From contig CM102283.1 of assembly GCA_046563655.1 (NCBI GenBank), forward strand, positions 8,618,001-8,682,000: a stretch of 64,000 nucleotides of DNA, read 5' to 3'. Below are positions 37,721 through 49,924 of the stretch, piece after piece (the stretch's first letter is position 1; each line of letters starts with the position of its first letter). The notes beneath the pieces are model-generated. The model was not told where the DNA came from, did not search any database, and was given only the letters and a program-made list of their open reading frames with translations. Source of the stretch: Yuukianura sp. NJ FZ-2021. Taxonomy: Eukaryota. The position numbers and the translations under genes are program-made.

Positions 37721-38414
37721 AGAGGTCAACGGTTTAAAACAAAATTCACAATTTCCGTCGAAAAACGTTTCCAAACGAAAATAAATTAGATTGATTTCGT
37801 GGTCTGTCTGGGCCAATTCTGAATCCTTTATTAATATTTTAATCTTCATAAATTTATTTTGGATCTACACTTCTCTACTTAGGATCTACTTTTGCTTCTT
37901 CGGAGGTGGTTCAACGTTTGTGTCCGCTGGATTTGCTGCGTTGACCTACGGAAGGTTTGTCAAAGTCGTAAAATCGAAAGCATAAAAAACAAAAAATAAA
38001 CAAAGCAAAAAGGCATTTCAACTATCAACTAGAAACAAAACTAACAAAAATTATGAAACTAACTACGGTTTGAATTTGAAATAATAGCCAGTGTGTGTGT
38101 GGCGTGTGGTTCAGTAAAAACTAGGGAGTTGCAAATTATAAAGGTTAAGCGTCATAGTAGCAAAGGTTAATTTAAAATCAAGAATCTGAACAAAATAGTT
38201 TCGCAGTTCTGTCAGATGCATCTAATTTCACGTGAGCAGAAAAACCCTGGAAACTGAAATTATCAAATGCAGAATTAGCAGAACTTCTGAATACAGAAAT
38301 TGTGAAGCTACAGCTAAACTACCCCATCATAAGCAAGTTGTAAGCCGCACTTTCGAAACAATATAAAAAGTGGCAATCCTTACCACTTGTCCCATATGGC
38401 CTGATGCGCTCCAG

Positions 38415-39103
38415 GGGCTACATTCTCCACATTGAGTTGGGATTGTCCTAAGTCGGGCAGTCCCAGCCCAAAGTTGGGTCTGCTCTGGGATATCCTAAGT
38501 TGCGACATTCTCAACATCGTTCCCAAGAGCGCCCATCTTTAGGGTAAAGATAGGAGTGGACTTTCACTTTTCACTGTATTCTCTTATGTGATTGTCTGTT
38601 GGTCAAGCCCAACTTAGGACAAAACGTAGGACAGATCCTAAGTTAGTACTCCTAACTTGAAATGCACCTTTTGCATAGATTCTATAGTTGGTCCCTTACT
38701 ATAAAATATTATATATTAAAAATAATGTAATTTTAAAAAAGAAAATTATATAATTAAAAAGTTATATATTATTATGTGTTATAATTATATAATATTATTT
38801 ATAATTACATAAATATAATATATAATATTATGTTAATTATATATTATATGCTATGAATGTTATAATTCTTTTGGACGGTATTCTTCTGCTAAAATTACCC
38901 AAGGGACTGCCATTTCGTATATTTTTTTGAAGAAAACGAGTGTCAAAACGAGTTGGGATTGAGTTAGGCTCAATAATTAGCAGCTCTAAAGTTAGGACAA
39001 ATTTTGGTGAATTTGGGCGCGCCTAAAGTGTGGAGAATCTAACGGATCCTAACTTTGTCCCAAACAAAAGATGGGACTGCCCAACTTGTGGAGAATGTAG
39101 CGC
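38415..39103. mobile_element. Non-autonomous DNA transposon (MITE), PIF/Harbinger-like
   Basis: TIRs GGGCTACATTCTCCACA / TGTGGAGAATGTAGCGC (1 mismatch); 3-bp flanking direct repeat CAG (38412-38414, 39104-39106); subterminal AGTTGGG/CCCAACT repeats; AT-rich core ~38700-38870. Confidence 0.75.
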
Positions 39104-39205
39104 CAGGTCTCCATTTTGTCCAGAATTTCTACGTACTCTGTAAAATGAAGAGTGAAAGCTTAGAATATCATAAAACGACAAAAAAAAACTTTAAAAAAAT
39201 GGAAC

Positions 39206-39293
39206 TTTATTGCGATTTTCAAAATGATTCTATTATGAATTTTTTATTGCAATTTTCAAAATGATTCTATTATGAATTTTTTATTGCAATTTT
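39206..39293. repeat. 37-bp tandem duplication (~2.4 copies)
   Basis: TTTATTGC(G/A)ATTTTCAAAATGATTCTATTATGAATTT repeated with period 37. Confidence 0.85.
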
Positions 39294-39294
39294 T

Positions 39295-40330
39295 AAGCCC
39301 CTCACCTTGCTCGGAATACAAACAAAAGCGAACTGTAACTTGTTCATCCTCTACGACCTCAAATGTGTAGTTCTTTCCAGTGTCTTTTATGCATTTGGAT
39401 AAATCAGGACGACTGAGCACAACTTCGTGCAGTGCTTTTCTGGGGACCATGTCTAAAAAGAGTTGAAACAAATGTTAGCCAGATAATTACATTTCAATTT
39501 CAGACAGTAGCTTTTGCAACCTAAAACTAAAAGAGGATGTTGTAGCAGTCAAAAACCAAAATCTGTTCAGTGCCTGTCCCATCCGAGTTAAGGTTGGCAG
39601 AAAAGAACGAGATGGTAACCCTTTTCTTGTCCTCCATGTGGTTCCGATTGAAAACTACAAATCCATCGGCGTTTGGCTTTTCTGAACTGTCGACCACCAA
39701 CAGTTGACAACGAACTATGATACTGTCCATGTTGATACAATGGATTATGTAATTCACTTAATGGAACAATTCACTTTAATTAACCTTTGACTGGGCGACA
39801 CGCTTAAATTTACGACAAAAGCCTACAGAAACCACGCCGTTGGTTGAGAATAAAATGGTGGCAGTATCTTTTCTTCACCGGCGAGAAGGAAGATGTTGGG
39901 TGGGATTGTTGTAGTTTCTCCAGAGGTTACGGAACGGCCTAAAACCAGCGATCTTCTCCCTCTGTCCACGTAACAAATTGTAACAAACGTCTGGAGAACC
40001 GTAAAATGTGCAAATTCTCAAGGGCGGGATTTGATTCCTGTTCCAGGGGGATCCGCATACGTAGCGTATCTGTACAAGTTCGTATTCTTTATAGTTGCAA
40101 TTGATAGCGTCGTTCACTTACCCTAGTTGAGCCTTAGAAAGATGCTTGTCTCTCAAGCACATCAAAATTTTACCTCAAACCCCAACCTATCTTAAGACTT
40201 GGTTTCCAATTTTAAAAGCAGGGGTAAAATTTATAACATTTGAAATGGCAAGCCGCGGACATTACCAGACCTTTGACCATACGGATGTTGAGTTAACCCA
40301 TCAACCTCCTTGTCCTTATACATCTTAAAG
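39295..40330 (-). pseudogene. Possible degraded intron-containing gene of unknown family
   Basis: Several GC-richer exon-like blocks with splice-like ends, interrupted by an in-frame stop and a frame change. No family recognised. Confidence 0.3.
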
Positions 40331-41165
40331 TCCACTTTTTCCAAAAATACTAAAATCCCCTATTCAAAAGATTTTGAGCTTTTGTTTGAAATTGTTGGCT
40401 TGAGAATTTTAGGGTTACTTGATTCAACTAAAAGAACAGCAACAGCATGACCCTTTCCTTCGCTACTTCTTATATTTAGCAATTCAATTTCTTCTTTATC
40501 TATATTATAGTAGTACACCAAATTGCCGACTGCCTTAATAAGCGGTTAGGTTAAGGGCGTGGATGTTCTTCCTAAAAAAACTTTTATAAAGCAATAATTT
40601 TATTTGCATAATTTAAAAACTAAAACTACATTTTTAGGCTCAAATGTTAATGTTATTTTAGTTCTTGGTAACAGAAGAAACAAATTTATTCAGATTCGTA
40701 ATTTTTAAGTTTTAAGCATAACCTGCGCAAACATTGGATTATTTAAACTTTAGATTACACTTTAATTAAACTCAAATCCACATCGGGTTTTACTAACTGA
40801 CATACTGTTTCACTTGACTAAAGCTTTAGCTGACCTCAGGTCAACCGATGTGACCTCAATGTCAATGTTCAGTTTTTACACAAGTTTTAAACTTTCTAAA
40901 CTTACTCTTAAACTGTTCTCCTAGTTTTTTCTTAAATTGACTTCTTCTCTTTAGTAAAGTTAAGATTAACTAAGCCTTAATTCGTGAATAACAATTAAAA
41001 GTAAATGATCGGTCTACACTGCAAGTATTTGTATACTAGGCACACGGGTTGTATCATGTGTGAAAATTGCAACACTAACATGGTCGCTACTATTATTATT
41101 ATTAATATTATTACTATTGATGTAATTAGTAAGTTACAAATACTTCTACAACTAATTAAAACGAT

Positions 41166-41705
41166 TCATCGGTCGCCGGGGACATTGGTTTGCATATCGA
41201 TTTCTTCTCTAAACGTTTCTTCCAGGAACTCCTTATCGAAGATCTCCCGTTCGTTGGTAGTGAGTGTTCGAATAGTGTTTGTACTTTGATCCACTTCGAA
41301 CCTAGTTGGTTTGGACATTGTTAGACCCGAGAGACTATAAACAGTTGCTTTCGGAATTCCCAGGACTTTAGCATAGTGGAACGCTGAAACAAGCAATAAG
41401 AACCACTGAAAATCATTAAGAATTTAGAGAAAAAAAATTCGTGGAAAAAAGTAGGTGAGGACTTGTAGATTACCTGGACGTTCATTTACTTCTTCTTCCG
41501 TTTGTAGTTTTGCTTCTAACGGCCAATGAATAACACCTTTACCAAAAATTTGATACAGAACGAATCCTGCTGCATTCCATGCAATCACTGCGTAGGCAAT
41601 TGCGAACTTCTTTTTGGCTCTCTCGGCTTCCTCCTCCGTCCGAGGAACCATTCGTCTTCTGAAGAAGCGGCGGACACCCCGAGGCATTCTAAAGAACCAA
41701 GCCAT
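41166..41705 (-). CDS. Small single-TM protein with basic amphipathic N-terminus (possibly mitochondrial), 2 coding exons
   Basis: Exons 41705-41474 and 41383-41166 in phase. KKKFAIAYAVIAWNAAGFVLY...HW...PAFHYAKVLGIPKATVYSLSG resembles an uncharacterised arthropod family (from memory, not searched). Confidence 0.75.
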
Positions 41706-44700
41706 GTCGAACCTACCTGAAGAAAAATAATGTCAATTAGTCCCATGCAAACCAAAACCAAGTGTTGTTAACTGTTTCTTCTTACTTTTGGACGCTTATT
41801 TATCGTCAAGTTTCAGCAAATATTCGCTAACCATCCCTCTCCATCCAATCACGTTCTGTTCCTTGACAGTATTGCAGTGCGGTCAGTCAATTGGTGCCTT
41901 TAAAAACGAAATAATTAACTTACCTATTTAACAATTAGTCGATGCTTTGGCTTCGTTGAATGATTTTTCATCTTGTTTACAATTTTTTCAGGGAAAAAAA
42001 TTACACTCCGTAAAATTGTTTTTTGCCAAATTTGAAATTCGCGGCAATAAAAGAACGAATGAGACGCACGTAAAATCTTTCTTTAAAATCTTGAAACAAT
42101 AAGACAATAATTTTTTATTTAGAGATTTTATCCAATAAAATCATAACAAATTGAATAATGTAACTAGTTTATGCATTTAGTTAGTACATTTTAACATAAT
42201 ACATGCTCTAGCTCTAGCATATTGAAAGCCAATCTCATGAATAACACTATCGTTAATAAATTTTCAGTCACTTAACCTCCAATCTCTCAGAGAAGTTAAA
42301 TTTAGACCTCTGCAGAATTACGGTATTTCTAAAGTCTTGGCCTAGTTATTTTCCAATTATGATCGATGCGTGCCAAATAATAACTGAACCAAGGCTATAA
42401 AGTTAACTTTAGTTATGTTATTGTGTTCAAAGTGGAAGATGACATAAGAGTTTTGGTTGGCCATATTCTAAACCCATCACCTTATGAATACACGATCATG
42501 TTAAGGAGTTTCCTTGTGGCTGAGGTTTAAAAAACTCCTGCGGATTCCTAATTTGGTCGATGACATCAGTTCGCATTGAGTGTTTCGTGTTGGAGGTATA
42601 GTCTTCTGCAGCAGCCCCTCTTCAGTATCTTCCGTGTGTTTAGTATTTGCAGTTATAATCCAAAAGTTGAGTACTTATTCTCAAGTGATTATTAATCAAC
42701 AACAACAAGGGATTTTAGGAACAACGGATCTACTTATATAAAGGAATTCCATTCAATAGTCTAAATACAGCTGGTACAAGTGTGGGAATGTCAAGAGCCC
42801 GCCAACTGCCATTTTGAAATTTATTGTGCAAAAACGCATTCCCATTGTCCTCCTCCGCTTTTTTTGATACTCGACGCCTACAGAACAAAAGTTGGCTCTC
42901 AAATTTCGTCATTGATTTTTTAGTACCAACTAAAAAGTTTTTGACTAAAGAAACAAGCACGAGAAAATATCACGTTTTTGGACAAAAACAGAGCGTGAAT
43001 GAACTGAATTGATTTTGAAGTGAAATTTGAATTGCTTCTTTGGAAAAACTTATTACGTCAACAAAATTGAAAGCTCATGGTCATGATCTAGTCATCTCGT
43101 ATAAAATCATATGCACTAATTACAGGTAATTAATTTCCAATCACGTCATTTTCGGTAACAACAAAAAGTTTAAAAACGCATTTATTTTGTTTTATTTTTA
43201 ATTAGACATTTAATTTTTTTGTGAGCTTGTATGATGGAACATTACAGCTTCGAATTATGCAATCTCAAAAGTTAATTTCTAAATTAGGTGACGAACTAAC
43301 TTTTTGAAAATAGTTTTGAACTTTGAACCTAAAAACTTTTCAGTTTATCTCTTTTTGCCAAATGCCGAAACTTGGAAATTTTGAAAATGACATTGACACT
43401 AAACAGAAGATGTAAAGTGCGCGTATGACATTGATCTTGTTGATCTTGGATAAAACCCAGCCGAAATCCATAAAAACATTACTTTCTTTTTAACAAAATT
43501 TTTATGTTGTTTTCTGTTGATCTAGATTCTATTACGTCCAAATTCAACTTTTGTGAAGCAGGGGAAGGTCAAGTAGCGGTGGGGCTCATGACCTCGTTGT
43601 CTCAATGGGGATTTCTATCAGTCGTAAGTTCGAATCAACCTAAATCCAAGCCAAAAAAAAAGTATAGTCCTTGGGTCGGGTCCATGTCTATGTTATGTCA
43701 TCTACCCTTGGGTTGAAAAACTTGAGGTCACTCGTTATAAAAACTAGAGTCCTTGATATGTCTTGGAACCGCTTTTTTCTTGTGTTAAACTCTTGATGCT
43801 CTCTCAAGTGTTGATTTGTAATTGAGTAGTAATTGGGCAACAATATTTTTTTTCTTGGAAGGATGCATATGGATAAATTTTGTGGTAAGGAAAAGTGCGT
43901 CGGAGGTTGTTTTTGGCGTGGGTTTTATTTATAGGGTGAACCGTGGGTGTAGATGGACTCGTTTGTGAATTCAAACTTTCAAATCCACCCGCCATCAAAA
44001 ACTGCTTTATAAAAATATGTTAAGTTACTCAATTTGGCTACTTTTGGAAAAGATCAATTAGGAGAAACAACTTAAGAGCTCAAGGCATGTGCACTTAAGG
44101 AGAACACAACCTTTAACCCTTATCACTTTTGAGTTCAAATATTACGTCATCATTTTTTTTCTAATTTTTGAAAACTTGTTTTAATTTATACTAATTGTTT
44201 ACAACTTATGTTAAATAACCATACCCAAGTATGCATAAATATGCACAATTATATATAAATATGCATAAATATTTACAACTTACAAATATACCCACAGCTG
44301 TTTACCAAATATGCTATTGTCGTACAGCGCCACCTACACATTTTTGCGTAATTTACATTATGTTTTGGAGTAAACATGCCACCCTAACCCCCTCACCCCT
44401 GAAATTGTTGATAGCGTAATACGTGCGCGACTCCTACTTAACACGTTCTAATCTCACGCTTTTAAAGAATTTTTGATCATGATGAGTCCATTTTTGGGTG
44501 ACTTGTTTTGCAGTGGAATTTTTAAATTTAACCTTGAATTTTTAAAATCTTTTGTCAAAATTTCTTGTTGAAATAAAACAAAAGCCAACAACAACAATTG
44601 CTTTTTCTTATGAAAACTTTTCCTCATCCTTATTTTTCTTATAACCTCGAGGACACTTCCAGCATCTAGACAAAAGATTTTTATGCTGAGCTCATGGTTT

Positions 44701-46947
44701 TAAGTTCAAAAGTCTCGATTTGGTCTGACATCACTTGGAGTCTTCCGGTTTAATTGACCATGACAATCCTACACACCTACCAAATAGCACACTCTGCAGC
44801 ATTTACATTAGGTTAGGCCCATAACCTAACCTCTACACATTCTACAACCAACGATGATCATCAAGTCCCCTCACTTTGAAAAAAAAATACTCCGCAGTTT
44901 CCCATTTCGAAGATGATCTCATTGGATATCAAAGTGGAAAAAAAGTTAAGTTTTAGCTACGGCCCATTTGGGACGAGGATGACTGAATTTTCATTGTTTC
45001 TGCACACAAATCGTGATTTAGTCAACAACAGTTTTGAATAAATCTGAGATCATGCTTGTTCTATTGTTCTGTGTGGTCATTATGACCTAAAGTTCAATAT
45101 AATTAGTTAAAATAACTTTAATTAGTATGAAAATTAAGTGAGACTAAAACTCTGATTTGTCGGATTTCAAGTTTTTCGATTGTTTCCGAAAGTATTGTGG
45201 ATGATTTAATTTTTTTCTGTGAAAAGTTTTAATTGTAAAACTTAAAAGTCAAGTGTGTTGTCTCCAATTTTTTTTTCTGTTGACATGCAACTGTTTAGCA
45301 AAAAGTTAAATTTGCAAAAGTGTAAATTAGTGCAAAAGTGTGCAAAAAGAGACATGTGGAATGATCTCATTGTTGGATGAGTTCATTGGGATTTGCTTGT
45401 TCGTGATTATATCAAAGTAGAATCACTTTTTAAAAAAACTACTAAAACATGACTACAAAGGGAACAGATAAAAAACAATACAAAAAGTACATACTAAAAG
45501 CATTTTCATCCCCCTCTACTTTTACTTGCAAAAAAGTAAAGGACCTTAGTAGTCGTCAAGCAGTCTAACGTAAAACAGTACTTTTTCAGTTGTGCAATTG
45601 ACGTCAAGTGAAGTACTTCCAAAGTTTTCAAAAAAAATTCAAAATTCCCTCCAAAAACAGTTCAGCTTCTTCCTTCCTTTCGCGTCTGGCGCGCAACTTC
45701 CGCGTCAAATCGCCAAAGGTCAAGGATCCGGAAGGACTTTTAGTAAAACAAACACAACAAATTAGTAATCAAAGGTCAGTAAACGTTAGGTTCTTTTGTA
45801 CACTTTCAAAATTTCAAAATTTGGCGCCAATTCTTGGTCAAAAATAACAAAATTTCCCACATTTTGAAACTTTTTTGTGGCTATTGCTCAATTTTTGAAG
45901 GAAGGAAGAGGCAGATGGAAGTTTTTATTTTAAGCGATGACGCCACTTCCTAATCTAAACAAAAACAAACGAAGCGAGGACTTGCAAAATTCATTTTCAA
46001 AAAAGCCTATCGTTGTACTATTTTTTGCGACTATTATTTAGTTAACAACTACCAAACCAATTCATTTTTAGCCTAGTTAGGTTTTAGACTCTTAACTTTT
46101 TGGCATCACAGACAATAGAACTTTTTGAGAGCGAGACAATTCGAGAGTCTCATCAAAATTGCAAAATGATAATTTTGGCAAAGGCTTTAAAAAGCTTGCA
46201 AAAAATTGTTTAAACAAGCAAAGTCAGAAAAAAAGAGTTTTTAAATACTCAAGGTGAATGACTTCATAATGCTAATGCTTTTTACTGAGTTGGTCAATCA
46301 ACACGTAACAACGTAATATCATAACCTCTACATGTAACTAATTGATTGATTACTATACTGTCAAGTATTGATTGATTTTTGCAATGATTTGGCAATTACT
46401 CAAAAAACCTAAAGGGCACACCATGACCTCATACACGCTTTTTGCAAATTTTTGCAACTCTAAAATTTGTAACTGTCGAGTGAATTTTTTTTTTGGCGAA
46501 TGTAAGAAAAGTGTGTAGGTTTGGCCTCATGCCGTTTTTAATATCATAACTTTTGCATTGGAAATCTCAGTGCTAAAAATCTTTTATCGTTATAGTACTA
46601 GGGACTAAAAATTTTTAGTCGTACGCCTATAACCTTTTGGGTTTTGGAACGACCACGACCTCAGTCTCATACATTGAGAGCCCAAGTCAGGTTGCAAGTA
46701 TTTTTAGCTCCCCGATTTTCACATCTTCTGGATTCAGTTCAAGCACAGTTGGCTCTTGAGTTGAAGTTTTTAGAAAAAGAATCGCTGAACAGCGTCACAA
46801 ACGCTTAGAAGCGATCAGAATCGCTGTTTTTTGAAGAGCAGTATTGCTTATAGTGTTTTGGAAAATTGAACAAGTGAATTGAAATTTTGAAATTTTAACT
46901 TGTGCAGGGCGTCGGTCGTTACAGGCGGAAAATCTGAAGGGAACGCC

Positions 46948-49145
46948 ATGGAAGTTTGCAGTATGCACCATGCAGAATCTCAAGGTACGTTTTTCAAAAT
47001 TCAAAATTTTAGAAAGTAGGAGGAAACTTTTTTTTGAGAAAAAAGTTGAAATGTGGCAACTTTTTAGAAAAACAAGGTTGAGTGGTACTTAAAAGTCTAT
47101 TTTGGCGTTATGACAGAATCCTGACCAGGTCATTTCTATTCATAGACTTTTATTTTTTCACCTTCTTCTGTCCTTGATTGAGCTTTGGAGCTAATCAGTC
47201 ACATTTACAACAACTGATTATGCTCAACCTAGAAAATTCAAAAATCCAGTGTGGAGGGAAATTTCAAAATGTGTTGATTTTGAAATTTTAAGATTTTATG
47301 ATCAAGAGCGTATGTCTGAGCAGTTTTTTGTACTTTTAGGATATGAGATGAGAGTCAGTAGCCTATTGGACACACTTCCCGAGTACAAGAACTTCAGAAA
47401 AGGACATCCCAAGGGCCTGGGCCCTTGTCAAGGGTCACTTCCAAGGTCACTCACCCCTCCAGTGGCTGACATGAAACGAACTCATAGCGAACGAGACGGA
47501 AACCACAAATCTCCGTCGTCACCAGCAACCTCTTGCCTCACAACCAAAATCAAACAGAAACTCACGGCGCATGTCCAGCACCAGCAGTCCACAACTGCAA
47601 CTCAAGTCATGAAGTCAGAAAAGTGCGAACTCCAGACCAGTTGCAACAGTAAGTCAATCAAGTTCATTGACCTTTGACCTTTCACTTCTTTAAGGTCATT
47701 GACCTTTGACCTTTTCGTGTTTAGACAACGGCTCATCAGAGGTCACCGACTGTGAAATTTTTCTCGGTGGATCCTGTAACCCGACGAGCTGGAGAAAAGA
47801 CATCGCCATTCCAATTCTCAATCACTCAGGAATCTCATTTTATAATCCCGTAAGGATTTCAAAATTTTGAAAACATTGAAAATTTTTCCAAAATTGAAAT
47901 TTTTTGGGTATAATTTGTGTTGTAGCAAGTGTCAAGTTGGTATCCAGAACTGATGAAACTGGAAAACGAAGCTAAAGACTTGGCGAATTGCCTGTTCTTT
48001 GTTATTGACTCAGAAACTAGAGCTGTCGCAGCTCTCGTTGAAGTTGCGTATCTCATTGCGCAGGGCAAGAACATCATTCTCGCTATCACTGGACTTCCGC
48101 TTCCAGGAAACATCATTTGTGGAGAACCAATCAAAGAATCGTAAGATTTCAAAAAAGTTCAAAATTTTGAAAACTTGAATTTAAAAATTTTCATTTTGTA
48201 GTGAAATCCAAGAGTTGGCCTCCGCTCGCAGCCTCGTGCGTCAACTGTCGTCGAGAAACAATATTCGAGTGTTTGAGTGTATCCGAACTGCTGTACAAAC
48301 TACTGCTGGCCTCCTTCGTCACCATGACGACGAACAAGGTTCAGAAGTCGGAGGTCACAAGGTCAATGGGCGTGTCACGGGACTTGAGTGTCGACCAATC
48401 ACATGCTCCGCTGCTGTAACCAATCAGGTTGCTCCAAATCCTGCTGCAGCCAATCAGGTTGCTCCAAACCAATTCTTGCCAATTGGACCGACCAAGTTTG
48501 ACGTTTTTCTGGGCGGAAGTTGTTTAACAGATGAAGCAATTGGTCACCTGAGGTATGTCCGACTAAAATTTTTGAAAATTGTCTAAAAAATTACATTAAA
48601 AAAAATTTTTTTTTTTTTTGAAATTTAGAAAAAGTGGTCTTAGTTCCTGGACACTTACTTCAGATGACAAAAGCTCTCTGCTAGCTGACCCCAGAACAAA
48701 CGACACAACAATTTTATTTTTCTATCTCAGCAGTTCCTCACGCGAATTGGAAACGCTTATTCTCGTAAGTTCAAAATTTCAAATTTTTTTTGAAAATAAA
48801 CTTTTCAAAATGAAACCATTTCATTTTTTAACTTTTAGGCTGCCTACTATGTTGGTCTGTCCAAAAATGTCGTTTTGTGTATTGAAAAACTGGAAGACGG
48901 TTGTGTCATTGGCGATGAAGTTGTAAGTGCCGACCTCTGCAACTTTTTTTTTCTAAAATTGAAGCAAATTTTCAAATTTTGCAAATTTTGTTTAGTTGTC
49001 TGAAATTGCCATTAAAGACTACAATCGTGGAAGATGTTACTTGAGAGATGCTGCTGCACGACACAAAGTCCCTGTTTGTTCTTCCTTAGCAGAAGCGATG
49101 GACACCATTGTTGCTAACACTAAATCACCACAATCAGCATCATAA
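46948..49145 (+). CDS. raw: Raw-like protein (two nucleoside 2-deoxyribosyltransferase-like repeats)
   Basis: EIFLGGSCNPTSWRKDIAIPIL..SGISFYNP|QVSSWYPELMKLE...LFFVIDSETRAVA..VEVAYL; second repeat FDVFLGGSC...AAYYVGL...AIKDYNRGRCYLRDAA; ~8 exons starting MEVCSMHHAESQ. Confidence 0.85.
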
Positions 49146-49924
49146 AATGCGTCATATGCTGTACAGTACTAAATCAAAACCATAAACAAAATGGAGCTAT
49201 AACCACAAAAAATTGAAGTATTTACCAAGAAATCTCAACTTTGGCTCCTCCTCTTTTTCAAATTTTGGTTCGTCGCCCCTGATCCACTTAACGGATCATT
49301 CATTTTGTAATAATCAGAGACAATTTCTGAAAAAAACGTCAACTATACTAAACGGCGGAGAAAATCACAGTTACATAGTAACTGAGTAATTTAAATTTTT
49401 TGGAAATTATGAAAACCTCTAACATTTTTTGATATTTTAATGCCTATATCATGTAAAAAACAACTAACCTGTAAAAGTAAAGTTTAATTGTACTTATTTT
49501 TATCATGCATAATACGACGGTAATCTGATTAATAAAACAGATTAATTCCACTTAACTTCTGCGATGTCAAAACATTTGCCGCGACAAGATGTAACGGTCC
49601 TCGGGCGAAGTCCCGGCAAGCATGCTAAGCATGCCTGTACTTTCCTAAAAATTATTTATTACATTATGTAATAGATTCGAATTTTGAACTGAAAAGATTT
49701 CAGACAAAACTGAAATCGAAATTGAAGCGGAAATTTTTCAAAAGGTATTCCTAGCCTACCTTCTGACTTCTAATCTAAACTTTACTTTTCGAAAACGTTA
49801 TGTTCAGGGGTTATGTTTAGGTAAAAACGTCACTTTCTGGGTAACTAGTGGACTGGAACTTTTTCAAAATTTGAAATTTAATGGGAGTAAATGGGTAAAT
49901 ATTTTGAAAATTTTTTCAGAGTAA

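Noticed and set aside
38700-38870. Nearly pure A/T tract suggesting a mitochondrial control-region insert
   Set aside because: It lies inside the MITE, with no flanking mitochondrial genes or tRNAs.
44090-44440. Possible MITE end (TACGTGCGCGACTCCTA with a C-rich subterminus)
   Set aside because: No matching opposite TIR or TSD could be identified.
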